This document shows, piece after piece, positions 1 through 13,878 of a DNA stretch of 64,000 nt (position 1 is its first letter; the number at the start of each line of letters is the position of its first letter). Location of the stretch: positions 1,488,001 through 1,552,000 of the forward strand of contig OX597828.1 in NCBI GenBank assembly GCA_951406725.2, given 5' to 3'. The position numbers were made by a program, and so were the translations under genes. Below the pieces are notes generated by a model that worked only from the letters and a program-made list of their open reading frames with translations, had not been told where the DNA came from and searched no databases. Origin of the DNA: Octopus vulgaris. Lineage: Eukaryota.

Positions 1-299
1 GTGCACAGGGATCGATGTAATAGAATTACTTCCCTTACACGAAATTGTGCCAAAATTTGAAACCAATATTAATGATAGCCATACTGTTACTTCTAATACC
101 ATCCATTTCCATGAAGGTGAAATAAGCCTTCACTCCTTAACCCTTAACACACGCATCAATATCAAACACCTTAGCAAAATTTCACCAGATACGCACTGAC
201 TGCTTCTATGAATTTTACATTGTGATATCTCAAAGAAGCAATCATTACGCATACCAAAGAAATAATCGTAGAACCCATCCTCTTATACATGAACAACTC

Positions 300-900
300 A
301 CAAAAATTTTCAAAGTAATAAATCCTGGCTTCGCAGTCAGTGAAGCGATTGTATGAATCAGTGTTGCTTACTCTACACACAACCATCACATATTGCATCC
401 AAAAGAACCCCATTTGATTGAGAAGCATATATTCACTCGCCAACAGGCTTCAAATGCTAGAATTACAGACTCATTGTTTCCTTCTTCCTCTTCTACCGTT
501 CATCTGAATTCCTTCCATTCAGATACGACTTACTTATTTCTCCTCTTTGGACCCCTATTGTGTCTCAACTATTTGTTCCTAAACAAACCCTTTCCCAAAT
601 CTTTCTTCCCACATCTCTAACTCTTAGGAATTCCTTTTCTGTTAACGTTTTACTTGCTAGCATTCACCTACAGGTGTCCAAATTCTGCATCAATTATTCA
701 TCAATCTTACCTGTTTGCGAGGAACTACAATGGTCATGGGTATACTCATTCTACGGGATATTACATCTATATAATTTTTTTGCTATAGCTCTGTTTCGAA
801 ATGTTTATTTTAAATATACAATGGTCCCGTTAGTCTTTCAGTTGATGGTATTGAGTCTTGAAACTGTAAAAAAATTCATATAACAATTTGCGAGCAACAC
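300..900 (-). pseudogene. Very degraded non-LTR (RTE-like) RT C-terminal remnant
   Basis: Minus-strand translation fragments LEMWEERF and MEGIQMNGRRGRRKQ resemble RTE-clade EMW..RR and EG.I.G.RGRGR motifs; many stops. Confidence 0.3.
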
Positions 901-2138
901 TCTCGGTAGTAACTGGTATACCACGATGCAATCACTGCTTTACTTTATTTTTTCAGGTGAGAGTGGCAAGACAGTGTCTGTGTAGGTTGGTGTAAAAGAA
1001 ATATCAACGGGCGACTTTCAAGAAAGAGCACTGGTGCATGGTTTCTATGTTTTTTTTTTACTGATGTTTAAATCCTTCGCCTACATACATAGACGGAAGA
1101 TGTACAAAGTCAATATAATCCAACACGCGCGCACACACACACACATACATACATACATACATGCATAATAATACATGCATACATACATACATCTGTGTAC
1201 AACGGATTTCTGAATAGTTTTCGCAAGTTAATCTGAAAATGTATTAGTCAAGACAAGGGTATGGTAGAAGACATTTTCCCAAAGTGCCGAAGTGTGGGGC
1301 TGAACCCGAAGCAACTTGGTTGTCGAGTGAACTTAACTGCACAGACATGCTGCGCTCATTATAGAAATTTTGTTTTCGTGCAGATATTTTTGCTATTACT
1401 ACCACCACACATTGAGAAAACCCGTTGTGGCTGCAACTAATTACTGTCTGTCTATCTGTCAGTCAGTCAGTGTGTCTGTCTTTGGCTGCCTCTCTGTCTT
1501 CCTCTCTCTCTCTCTCTCTCTCTCTCTTTATCTCTCATAGTTTCTCGTTCTTTACATCGCTGTCTAATTTCTCCTGCTGTCTTGTTCTACACACGCAAAC
1601 ACACACTCACTCATACATATATACATGCTCTCTCACGCGCACATTAGCATGCAAATGAAGTTTACGGTCTATTTAGTAAAAACTATTTACCAAAGTCATC
1701 AGTCAGATTCTTGTTTCAGCTGCCATCTGTCGTTTATCCTATATAAAAAAAAAAGCTCCAATGCCACCAAGAACAACTTTAAGGCTGCGCTCTTCTCTTA
1801 ATGTTTATACATTTCTAATACTTATTTGACCTTCAGGACATATTTACAGTTTATTAATAAGTACAGTATTCCAATTAATAACTATGTATATCTAAATAAA
1901 ATTCTTCTGGCTTAATTGTAAGTCTTCGTCTCTCCTCCTCTTTCAGAAACACACATACTCTCATAAGTTAATACATAAATGTCTCAAAAACAACCTTCCA
2001 TTTTCAGATTAACTAACAGCTGATGCAAGTTAAAAAAAAAAAGGTCGCTGGCGTGTTCTTTTGTTTGAACAATGCGAATCCATTTTGTAGACGGTACAAT
2101 GAAAATACATTAGCATTTTTATTTTCGAAAATTCAACA

Positions 2139-2301
2139 TAGGCTCAGGTGTGGTTGTGTGATAAGAAGCTTGCTTCCCAACCATATGGTTCCTGGTTCAG
2201 TTTCACTGCGTGGCACCTTGAGCATGTGCCTTCTACTATAGCCTCGGGCCGACCAAAGACTTATGAATGTATTTGATCGACGGAAACTGAAAGAAGCCCA
2301 T

Positions 2302-2355
<54 letters not shown>

Positions 2356-2525
2356 TGTTTGCGCGTGTGTATGTTTCTGTCTATGTTCATCCCCCCACCA
2401 CCGTTTAACAACCGGTGCTGGGGTGTTTACGTCTCCGTAACTTAGCGGTTCGGCAAAAGAGACGATAGAGTAAGTACCAGGCTTATAAAAAGTGAATATT
2501 GGGGTCGATACATTCGACTAAAAAA
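2139..2525 (+). mobile_element. tRNA-derived SINE, family A, interrupted by (TG)n
   Basis: Head TGGTTGTGTGATAAG...GGTTCAGTTTCACTGCGTGGCACC (A/B box-like). Homologous copies at about 1195-1357(-), 11453-11610(-), 41735-42105(-), 45853-46300, 50875-51037(+) and 62085-62462(-). Confidence 0.8.
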
Positions 2526-2627
2526 TTTAAAAAATTCTTCATGGTAGACTGAAACAAGTAACATACATACATATATACATACATACATACATACATACAT
2601 ACATACATACATACATACATACATACA

Positions 2628-2661
<34 letters not shown>

Positions 2662-2732
2662 ATTAATAGGGAATATAGAAATTCCAAGCCAACAGGGAAA
2701 AAATTCAATTTAGCACACTAAATCAAAAATTC

Positions 2733-2778
<46 letters not shown>

Positions 2779-2779
2779 C

Positions 2780-3165
2780 GTTAATTAAAATCTTAGGGTA
2801 GCAAGAATATTCATCGAAAAATTCTTAGTTACCAGTGGTCTAGCGAGAAAGAAAAAATTAGTCAATAGACTATATATTATTCAGAGAAGAATACAGTGTA
2901 TGTTCAAACACAAAAGAGATACCCGAAGAATAGGATATCTGACTCGCTAGAAAGAGCAGTTAAAACTCCAAGCCACCAATTGTTGTAATTCCGAAAGTGA
3001 TTGGAAAATAAAAACTTTACCTTAATGCTAGACCCTGCAAGGTTTCTGCAGACTTAAATACATACTGAAATAAAATAATTTCAGTATATATCTGGCGCTA
3101 TATCTACCCTATTCGTCGGGTATCTCTTTTGTGTTTGAACGTACACTGTATTCTTCTTTGAATTA
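2780..3165. mobile_element. Non-coding PLE-derived fold-back element in (TA)n; divergent relative of 42659-43598
   Basis: Inverted arms about 2878-2938 / 3100-3165, with (TA)n on both flanks. Minus strand has an HHR 3' half GAAACCUUGCAGGGUC (3046-3031) and shares conserved motifs with the 43 kb element. Confidence 0.7.
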
Positions 3166-3320
3166 TATATATATATATATTACGGAGATGTACTTCCATA
3201 GCGAGTGACTTGATCTGAGATCGTGTGCTGGAACGAAAACAATTGCAGCGTGGAAGGTGCTTATAAGCCATTTAAGAAACATACAAAAACCGTTAGATTC
3301 ACTTCAACATTTAAATTTAA

Positions 3321-3371
3321 TTTGTCAAAATATTTTCTTCGCTTTGAGACCGCGACCTGTTCACTGACAAA
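3321..3371 (-). ncRNA. HHR-shaped fold with non-canonical core
   Basis: UUUGUCA-GUGAACAG-GUCGC..GCGAA-GAAA-AUAU-UU-UGACAAA: 7-bp stem I and palindromic stem III, but the core deviates from CUGANGA. Confidence 0.4.
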
Positions 3372-3400
3372 GCTTCGTGCTGCATCTTCATGCTTCGTGT

Positions 3401-3435
<35 letters not shown>

Positions 3436-3501
3436 ATAAAACGGTAAGATAACAAAAGAAAGAAAGAGACCTCAATATTATGTAAATAGAGGAAATTTAT
3501 C

Positions 3502-3733
3502 TATACAATATGTTACATTACTCGGTAGTCAAGATAAAACTCTGAGTTTCAGATGCCGAAGTGGAAATCCACAACACCATCTCTTCGGTTATCTGGCTAT
3601 TTTAAAAAAATAGAATCACAACACCATCTTTCGGTTATCTGGCTATTTTTAACCAGAAGAAGATGGTGTTGTGGATTTCCACTTCGGCATCTGAAACTCA
3701 GAGTTTTATCTTGACTACCGAGTAATGTAACAT

Positions 3734-3741
<8 letters not shown>
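3502..3741. mobile_element. Fold-back mini-element (81-bp inverted arms) with HHR-like motif, in (TA)n
   Basis: Arms 3502-3582 / 3661-3741. Minus strand 3593-3533 reads GAUAA-CCGAAGA-GAUG..CAUC-U-GAAA-CUCAGAG-UU-UUAUC. Confidence 0.7.
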
Positions 3742-3802
<61 letters not shown>

Positions 3803-3816
3803 ATTGTTTGTTTTGA

Positions 3817-5081
3817 GATGCCAAGAAAGTAATTTCGTTTTTTCGCAAATAGAGTTACGATTTTTTTAACGACTTTGTTAATGTTATAATTTTTTTCCTT
3901 TTGACATTTGATAGCCGTTACTATTAACTTACGTTAGAAGGAAATTGTGCTTAATTTTGTTTGCTGCTGTTAGTTCAGTGTCAATTTTAACATGGAGTGT
4001 AAAAATGATAATTTTCGCCATACTTTGCTTTTTTATTTCCGTAAAGGCAAGAAAGCTGTCGAGGCTCACAAAGAGATGTGTGAAGTTTATGGTGTTGATT
4101 GCTTAACAGAACACACATGTCAGAAATGGTTTAAAAAATTCCCTTCTGGAGATTCTTCACTCAAAGATGACCAACGTTCTGGTCGCCCTACTGAAGTTGA
4201 TGATGACCGAATCAAAGCCATAATTGAATTTAATTGCCATATAACTGTGTGAGAGATTGCAGAGAGGTTAAATGTATCACATTCAACAACTGAAAATCAC
4301 TTAAAATGTCTTGGATCCATTAAGAAGCTCGATATTTGGGTTCCACATAAATTGAAAGAGATTCACTTAACGAATCAATATTTGCGATATGCATCTCAAA
4401 CGCAATGAAATCGACCTTCTTTTTGAAACGAATCATCACTGGTGATGAAAAATGGATTGTCTGCAATAACATCAATGGAAAACGATCATGGTCCAAGTGT
4501 AATGAACCAGTACAAACGACATCGAAAGTTGAATTGCATGAAAAAAGACCATGCTGTCAATTTGATCGGATTACAAAGATGTTGTGTATTTTGAGCTGCT
4601 TCAAAGGAACCAAACGATCATTTCAGTTGTTTACTGTTAACAGCTAATGAAACTGGAGGAAGCAATCAAAGAAACACGGCTAGAATTGGCAAATCGTAAA
4701 GGAATCGTGTTCCACCATGACAACGCCAGGCCAAATACGTCTTTGTTAACCCGTGAAAAATTATTGGAGCTTGGTTGGGAAGTGATGTCACATCCACCAT
4801 ATAGCCATGACCTTGCACCATCAGATTACCATTCATTTGGAAGTTTGCAGAATTCTTTGAATAGTAAAACTTTCGATAATGATGACCTGAAATCGCACTT
4901 GCTCCAGTTTTTGGCTGATAAGGACCAGAAGTTCTATGAGCGCGGAATCATGAAGTTGCCAGAAAGATGGCAAAAGGTAATCGAACAAAATGGAAAATAG
5001 ACAATTGATTAAAGTTCATTCTTTGTTATAACCAAAAATGACTTTTATTTCGCACTGAAAAACCGAAATTACTTTCTTGCC

Positions 5082-5084
<3 letters not shown>
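3817..5084 (+). mobile_element. Tc1/mariner (mariner-type) DNA transposon, full length, inactivated
   Basis: TIRs (G)CCAAGAAAGTAATTTCGTTTTTTC at about 3820-3844 and GAAAAACCGAAATTACTTTCTTGCC at about 5057-5081 enclose a transposase. Confidence 0.95.
3992..5000 (+). pseudogene. Mariner transposase, frameshifted and with stops
   Basis: ORFs 3992-4252, 4405-4647 and 4647-5000 carry HTH (WFKKF..GD.SLKDDQRSGRP), ITGDEKW, FHHDNARP and HPPYSHDLAPSDYH motifs. Confidence 0.95.
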
Positions 5085-5128
<44 letters not shown>

Positions 5129-5974
5129 TAATATTATTATTCTTGTTGATATTGAAATTTCAGAAACCGAATTGTTTGGTTAAAAACCAATCCCTTTATA
5201 GAAAGAATAGGTTGATAATAATAAAAGAATAATTTATCAGCCTATAAATCCGGATGGCAGCGTAATCGATTACACTTCGTAGAAGAAACCAGTGCCGTCT
5301 TAAATCATGGGCACACTGGGAAGTTGCCTTGGGGCCCCACGGGTTTAAGGGACCGGCCCAATGCTAAGACGGCCCAGGAAACAACGAGGAAGTTTCAATG
5401 TGGTCATTCGTCCTGCTAGAAATACCATCCAAATTATTCTTATTTTAACACCCACCGACCTGTAAAGGGAAACACAGGATGTAGTCCTAGAAGACATACA
5501 ATGCCTAACAGAAGAACGGTTTGATTAATCCTTTTGTTGATTAACCCTTTTCTTGATTAAGGCAAGTTCTCTAGAGGGGAGATGAGAGTAATTTAGTGAG
5601 TAGAGAATATTTTAGTGGGAATTTAACTTCGCCATTCATAGCTTACCTACCCCTATACCCTGTCATATTCATTTCGTAAACAAAACCTGTTGCACTAACA
5701 ATTGCAATTAGGACAGCAAATTTATAAAGTGGGTAACAAAGTGATAGGTTTCGAACATATAATCTTGAATAAAATGTTCACATCTTATGTAAAGTTAGCT
5801 TTCGCAAGAAAACGAAATGTTGCTTTTTCGTTTAATGTTAAATTTGCCTTTAAAGAATGTTTCAATGGGAATGCTTCATCAATATCCCTTGAGTCGAAAT
5901 GTGTAAGTATAATCAGCGCCAGGAATATTTATCAAATAGCATTCCTTTTTACAAATAAATACAATTGTATATTA

Positions 5975-8390
5975 TTGTGGAAGAGTGAAAGGAAACGTCA
6001 AGAGCAGAAGTGAGCGGGGAAACGGGCATCGGAAGTGACCTGTTGTGAAAAGCGAATTCAGAGAGTGGGCAGATTCTAGCCAGAGATTAAGTAGCGTAAG
6101 CGTTTATGTTCATGCTACAAGTTTTTCTGATCTCTGTGGAGAGTAGTTTTCTCTCTGTTTGAAGTTCGTTATAAGGCAAGAGCGGTTTATTTGCGCCGTT
6201 CCATCTACAAGCTATTTCGGCACGTTGTCCATCTGTTGTGGGGATTTTCTTTTCTTCTACCTTTCTACCGTTGACATTCAACATGACAACGAGGATAAGG
6301 ATTGGTAACGATGTTTTGCGACCGTTTTTCGATGAAGGCCTAGATAAAAAAAGTGAGGCTTGTTTCAAAGCTGCAGGACATACAAGACGTGGCCAGACTT
6401 ACGCTGTATTTGTTGAAATGAATGAAGTGACTCAGCTAAAAGTCGAAAAAGAACGTGGAGGATGCATATGAAAAAATGAGCCTTTAGAGTATACAGCAAG
6501 CAAGACAGGGGAGCATGTTGACGACTAAGTGTGCGAAATAAGCTAGCTAGCTAGTTTTACCGGTGGAGCGATGGAGAGAATTGTGGACCTGGCTTTCGTG
6601 ACTGGATTTCCCGACCATATATCAATGAGGTTGCAGCAATTGCCAGACGATGTCGTTGAGCGATTTGGTAGATAAGACGTGAATATTGACGTAAAACGAC
6701 AAACGTGATATCGAGGCAGCGTTGACGTCAGAGACTAGTAGGATGAAGACGCAGGCGGAAAATAGCGGGAACTAGAGTATGACGGGTTAGGAGAGATGGA
6801 CGTTTAAGGGGCTGTGTTTTATGTGTGGGGTCCACACATGGTCAGAGATTGCAAGGAACCAAAATCTGAAGTGATATGTTACCCTCGTGAACAACCCTGG
6901 CATATAGCGAACTTTGCGAAGAGGGAAGCAAACAGAGGGAAGATACTGCGGTAGTAGCTGCCCGACAATCGCTTAGAGCGGGAGGCCTTGTCTATACGGA
7001 TTGCACAATAATCCTGCTGGCAGTGAAAATGGTTGAGAACTGGAGTGGAAAAACCAGTCTGAGTGCAGAGAAGATAAGGAGTTTAGGTGCAGAGGCGTCG
7101 GCGTAGTGGAACTGGAGGTACAAGGAACGGCGTTGAATATGAAAGTGATTGTTGTCAATGAGGTATTGGTGTCGACGTAGTAATAGGAATGGACGTGATT
7201 CAACGGTTGATTGGCATGGCGGTTGGAAAGACGGGAATGGAATTTGGTCACTGGTGTACCGCGTGCTGTAAGTGTGGAGCAGAGAAAGAAGGCCGTAAGA
7301 TCGACAAAATCGAGTTCAGAGAGAGAGAGAGAGATAAGAGATACTATAGACAAGATCGAAGATGAAAACTTCTAGGCTGAGTTCGAAGCAAACTGGAAAG
7401 TGGGTTACTTCTGGAAGATACCCCTCCCTCCACCCATTTTGAGCAACAGGATGAATTGCTACTGGCACACCCTGAAAAGAGAAGCTAGGAATGAGTAAGA
7501 GGGAGATGGACAGATGGATGGCAGGGGTATTTTAATATTGGGGAAATAGGGAGTGAAGTGTGGTGTGCTATCAATGATGGCTATAGTCCAGCCGACAAAA
7601 AATAAGATTCGATCAGTGCTAGATTTTCGTGAGTTGAACGAGCATATGTCGTGCAATATGGGGAGTAAAGCAGCGGACATCTGTGGGGACACTTTGCGGG
7701 AGTGGAGGCAGATAACAGGGGCGACTACAACCGTCGGTCTAAAGACAGCATAGCTGCACTCCACGTGCCTAAGGAATCGTGGAGGTATCAATTGGTGAGG
7801 TACAAGGGCGGAAAATCCTGTCTGACTTTTACTGGGGTTTGACTTGAGTTCAGGGAAAATGATGGCGAAGGTTCTCAAGGCGATGTTGAGGAAGGTGGCG
7901 AAAGTGGAGCAGGCCAGTAGTTCCTACATTGATGATATCTTGGTAGATGAAAGTGAGGAATTGGCAGAGGAAATTGTGGGTCATCTGAGGAGGTTCGGAT
8001 TGATTGTAAAACCACCGGAAGCTATGGAAGGAAGCACTGTGCTGAAGCTCAAGCTTGAAAGAGTAAAGGAGAACTGGCGTGTATTTCGAAGAGGAAATGA
8101 GATTTTAGAGCTGAGCGAGGACATGAATAGGCAAAAACTGTTCTCAGTTTGTGGGAAACTGGAAGGGTTCTATCTTGTTGGAAGATGACTCTAAACGGCA
8201 TGTAGCTAAATCAAGAGGTAAGCTGGAGGCGGTGAACTGAAGAGAGAAAGTGGGAGAGAATACAGTTGCTATGATGCAAGACGTCTTGGAGAGAGTGAGA
8301 GCGGAGGATCTAGTGAATGGCAACTGGTATGTGTCCGAAACAAAAGAAGGATTGTATGGTGTGACGCGAGAAACATAACGACATGAGTCA
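5975..8390 (+). mobile_element. Ty3/gypsy-like LTR retrotransposon remnant (gag, Zn knuckle, RT, RNase H start)
   Basis: Frameshifted CFMCG-PHMVRDC knuckle at about 6814, IRSVLDFRELN (7553-7753), SYIDDILV (7844-8188) and IVWCDA at about 8351; many lesions. Boundaries are approximate. Confidence 0.85.
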
Positions 8391-8581
8391 TTCTACCCAT
8401 CCCTACGTCTGCACTACAAATATTAAAACAGGTCTAGCCTCACCACACAGTCTTCCCCCTGATTTATTATTACCATTCCTTTCTCTCTTTCCATCATCTT
8501 CTGTTCTTCCCTATCAAATACACACAGAACTGCTCACGTGAAAATTGATAAACATTCGTTGCTTCCAATTTTAATACCAAA

Positions 8582-8714
8582 TCGTCTGATGAAATGAACG
8601 CACGAACTGTGATCCATCCAATGTCCATGGATACTACGGATTGTATTGTAACCATCCCAGGAATACGACTGTGATCGTAAGAAGCATGTGATTTGTGGAC
8701 CGGTGTGTAGCGAT
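8582..8714 (+). ncRNA. Degenerate HHR in a pLTR-like segment
   Basis: AUCGU-CUGAUGA ... GUA-GCGAU gives stem I and the first core half; the GAAA half is not recognisable. Confidence 0.35.
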
Positions 8715-9249
8715 GCATTAAAATATTTATAAATTTCATTCATGGATTATTATTATTATTATTATTACTACTATATTTACCCTACATTATATCGGCACAA
8801 CTCGATACAACCCTATAAAACTGCTATTGGAAGTTGGTACCATTAGGCTGTAACCGACGTAATAAAATAGGTTTTCCATATGGAAAAAAATTTCCATAGT
8901 TTTCAAATACGAGGGACATTTTCCCTTTTTCTGTCTGTCTGTCTACTAGTAGGAGTAGCAGTCCTAAAAGAATATTTGATATGAATTCTTAGTTTTGATT
9001 GTTTAAGTAGCAGTGATAGCCGAGGAAGGAGGCAGCGAAGAAGAAAAAGGAAGAGAAGGAGGAGGAGAAGAAGAAGAAGAAGAGGAAGTAGGAAAAGAAG
9101 AGAGAGAATAATAAAAATACGGGAGTGGTATGACAGTAGTAGGATGTTGGTGGAATCCCCTTAAATCGTCAAGTGACCTAAAAGTGATTTGTTGTGGTTG
9201 TAATAGGAGTGATTGGAATTGTTCTGAATAAATTTATGGATAGTGACTA

Positions 9250-10340
9250 TTCTGAATATATCGTTTTTAATTGCGTGGGTATTATTCTAAGGCCCTTGTA
9301 ATAGTGTCATTCATGGTGGACGCATTCAAAAGGGGTTTATATTTTGTGATAAAATATGACTTTTTGCTAATGCACTGACTACAGGTCCCTGAATTTATAA
9401 AGGGGAAAAATTCTGAAGCTGGGTTGTTCGTTAGTGGCGCAAACGTCGATGTGTTCCCTGAATGCTATTTATCTGTATTGTTGAATTTTGATCTGGGTTC
9501 TATGTAGAGCCATCCTTTGATGTAGACTGTCTTTGGTTAATACATATATTAGGTTTTCCGAAGCACATGTGAAATGGTTTTTCACTGTAAAACGTTGACC
9601 CTGTTTGAAAGAGAACTCCGATCCCTTCAATTAGGTTGGCGCATATACCACAGTTAGGTCTTCCACAATTTTTACTGACGGCTTCAGTGTTGTTTTCGAG
9701 TGTACTTAGGTTTGTGTTAGGAGACTTTTCATGGATCTGGGTTGTCTCTTGCTCTTTATGATGGTGTGCATTTGGAGGATTAAATTCAGTCTGTGTCTCT
9801 TTTTAGTTGGGGAATGTTCTGGAGGACGGTGTCGAAGGCATCATTGTTAAGGGGTGTGTGTGTGTGGAGATGTATAGTAGAGCTTTTGGTTGTAAATCCT
9901 TCTTTAGTTTGGGACGTCTGAGTGCGTAGATGTTGAGTTGTAGGGCACGTTGGAAGCCTACATCAATTAGTGATGGTGGGTAGTTCCTGGTAATGAGTGT
10001 ATCCTTTAGTTCCTGTAGTCGTGTGACTGGTGCTTGCATTAGAAACTATAGTACATATCCTTTTTGCTAAGTTGAAGGGGATATTCATTCTGGTGTGGCA
10101 TGAATGGAACGGTAGATATTGCTTGGAGTCCGTGAGCTTATAGCATATATCTGTTTCTATTTTGTTGTTGGATTTCTTAATGAGGATGTCGAGGAATGGA
10201 AGTTGTTGATGGTTATATTCCATCGCAAATTGAATGTTTACTTCAAGTTCATTTATAAGTGCTAGAAATTCGTTAAATCTCTCTTTACCTTCATGCCAAA
10301 GAATCAAACAGTCATTCAGATACCTCTTCCAGTTATTTTC
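9250..10340 (-). mobile_element. Penelope-like element (Neptune-type) 3' fragment: RT C-terminus and GIY-YIG region
   Basis: WKRYLNDCLILW, LPFLDILI, YLPFHSCH, NIPFNLAKRICTIVS and RNYPPSLI, then linker CGRPNCGIC and FTCASENLIY on the minus strand. Confidence 0.9.
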
Positions 10341-10620
10341 TATATATATATTCACATACACACACACACACATATATATCTATGTGTGTGTGTGTGCGTG
10401 CGCGCGCGCTTGTGTGTATGCATATGTATATATATGTATATTATTTGCTTCAGTCATCGGACTGCAGCCAAGCTGGGCCATCGGCTCGAAAGGTTTTAGC
10501 GGGGCAAATCGACACTGATATTTATTTTTAAATTGTGGGACTTATTCTAACGTTCTCATATACCGAACCAGTGTGGGAGACAAACACAAACACAAAGGCA
10601 CACACACATAGACACACCCT

Positions 10621-10655
<35 letters not shown>

Positions 10656-10664
10656 TTTGGGTGT

Positions 10665-11049
10665 GGAGGCGCAATGGCCCAGTGGTTAGGGCAGCGGACT
10701 CGCGGCCGTGAGATTGCAGTTTCGATTCCCAGACCGGGCGTTGTGAGTGTTTATTGAGCGAAAACACCTAAAGCTCCACCAGGCTCTGGCAGGGGGTGGT
10801 GGCGAAAACTGCTTCACTCTTTCACCACATCTTTCTCTCACTCTTTCTTCCTATTTCTGATGTACCTGTATTTTAAAGGGCCAGCCTTGTCACACTATGT
10901 GTCACGCTGAATCTCCCCGAGAACTACATTAAGGGTACACGTGTCTGTGGAGTGCTCAGCCACTTGTACGTTAATTTTACAAGCAGGCTGTTCCGTTGAT
11001 CAGATCAACTTGAACCCTCGTCGTCGTAACCGACGGAGTGCCACGACGA
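10665..11049 (+). mobile_element. tRNA-derived SINE, family C
   Basis: tRNA-like head GGAGGCGCAATGGCCCAGTGGTTAGGGC...GTTTCGATTCCC; related minus-strand copy at about 50430-50730. Confidence 0.8.
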
Positions 11050-11086
11050 TATATATATATATACATACATACATACATACATACAT

Positions 11087-11155
<69 letters not shown>

Positions 11156-11299
11156 AAATATGGGGGCTTAGTTCACAGGTGGTCTAAACGGCTAGGTGCG
11201 CTGGATAAGTACTGTAACGGATTACAAGGGCTCCAAGGTCATAGCCGAGACGGGAGTTATGGAACCATTACAGATTTCCGATATAGCGGATGTATAAAT

Positions 11300-11437
11300 C
11301 TTAAAGAGGACAACAAACGTCGCGGCAAGACAAACATCTCAGGTCATATACGTTATTATGGGAAAATGTTTCCAGTAATAATAACGTACATGACTTGAGA
11401 TGTTTGTCTTGCCTTAACCTTTGTTGTCCTCTTTAAC
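11300..11437. repeat. Inverted-repeat mini-element abutting (TA)n
   Basis: TTAAAGAGGACAACAAA..GGCAAGACAAACATCTCA..ACGTTATTA mirrored by TAATAACGT..TGAGATGTTTGTCTTGCC..TTTGTTGTCCTCTTTAA. Confidence 0.75.
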
Positions 11438-11663
11438 ATATATATATATATACGGCGGGCTTCTTTCATTTTGCGTCAACCACATCCATTCACAAGGTTT
11501 TGGTCGGCCAGGACTATAGAAGAAACTTGTCCAAGATCGATGCAATGTAACTGAACCCGGAAGCATGTGATTGGAAAGTAAACTTCTTACCACGCAGCCA
11601 TGCCTGTGCCTGCCTCTCTGCCTACCTACTTACCTACCTACCTACTATATAGATACAAACACA

Positions 11664-11721
<58 letters not shown>

Positions 11722-11827
11722 TATGTAAGTTTTACAATTTATTAATGATAAGAATATATATATATATATATATATATATTACTCATGTTTTGAGCTCTAG
11801 TTTTTCCTGTACGCTTCATATGTATGC

Positions 11828-11872
<45 letters not shown>

Positions 11873-11940
11873 TATCTTGGTGCAAACAGGAAAAACAGAA
11901 CTCAAAATATGAGTATATGTATATATCTTTCAAATATTTA

Positions 11941-12056
11941 GCTGAAGTAACAGTGACAGAGAATTTCCTGCGTTGGCACTTATCAAACTGATAAATGCCA
12001 ATTAATAAGTGCCAACGCACGAAACTCTCGGACTTTGAGTCACTCTGTTACTTCTG

Positions 12057-12060
<4 letters not shown>
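11941..12060. ncRNA. Fold-back with HHR variant (UUGAUAA core)
   Basis: Minus 11990-11951: CAGU-UUGAUAA-GUGC CAAC GCAG-GAAA..GUC-ACUG. The plus arm 12003-12044 keeps GUGC CAAC GCAC-GAAA-CUC..GAG-UC. Confidence 0.6.
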
Positions 12061-12104
<44 letters not shown>

Positions 12105-12789
12105 ATATATATATGTATATATATTTGTATGTATGTATATTAATGTATAAATACATGGACATGTATAATTATACTATTATTTATACATACACGCATACCT
12201 AATGTGAATCAATGAATATGCATGAACAAACATGTCAGTGTTATTAATTCGTGTGTTGTGTGTAGTCGACTAGAGTTGAGGCTACTCGGGTGAATACATT
12301 TCTGTCATCCAAACAACTGATAAGATTACAAATGATTACATTTGTCGCAAGTTTCTCTGTTCATCGCCGTTTTCTTTCCGAGAAAGTGTTCAGTAAACAA
12401 GAAATAGTTAAGAGAGGGTGTGGTGAAATGTGTGGGCGGCGGGCCTGCCGAGAGAGGAACCAGACTTCTGAAGCGTTGCTTTGTGATGTTAATATATCTG
12501 TCTAGGAATTAATAAGAAAGAGAGAAGGGAAAAAAAATTATCTTTATAAACTTGGAAGAAAACATACCTTAATTGAGGGAAAATGTTGAGCGGAAAGCGA
12601 TGAAAAGTATATATAAAGGAATTAGAATATCTTTGCGCATATAGACAGTAAGTAAACAATATATTATGTATATAATATGAAATTCTCAGTTTTCGAATAT
12701 TTAAAAATTTTTCTTAATACTATATATTTATACTATATTTTCAGCCTCAAGTCTGAAACGTATAAAATAAAATGATATATTATAAAACA

Positions 12790-13606
<817 letters not shown>

Positions 13607-13628
13607 TATACATACATACATACATACA

Positions 13629-13722
<94 letters not shown>

Positions 13723-13840
13723 ATAGTAAAAAGTGAACAAACTACAGAAGGCTTGTTTTAAAAGGTTAAAAAATATATATTTGAGTCATTATGTCTGAAG
13801 AATGTTATAAATTTTTTTCATACAATGACATAGTTTTTGA

Positions 13841-13878
13841 AGAAATGACCGGTTTCGCGTTCAGCTTTTCAAATTTCT
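13841..13878 (-). ncRNA. Minimal HHR variant (UUGAAAA core)
   Basis: AGAAAU-UUGAAAA-GC UGAAC GC-GAAA-CCGG-UC-AUUUCU, with a 6-bp stem I. Confidence 0.6.

Noticed and set aside
2828-2965. Group I intron-like words (AGACUA, UGGUC, GCAGYYAAA) and an HDV-like fold for the conserved motif
   Set aside because: The element order is not P-Q-R-S, and a consistent HDV P1/P1.1/P3 could not be built in both copies.
5414-5430. GCTAGAAATA resembling the Cas9 sgRNA scaffold; regularly spaced repeats resembling CRISPR
   Set aside because: This is a short coincidental match in a eukaryotic repeat. There is no repeat-spacer array and no cas gene.
10665-10740. tRNA-like sequences at SINE heads
   Set aside because: They continue into repeated SINE bodies and lack a clean cloverleaf, so they are not called tRNA genes.
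12280-12505. Non-repetitive, locally GC-richer segment with a 71-aa ORF
   Set aside because: No splice, promoter or homology evidence.
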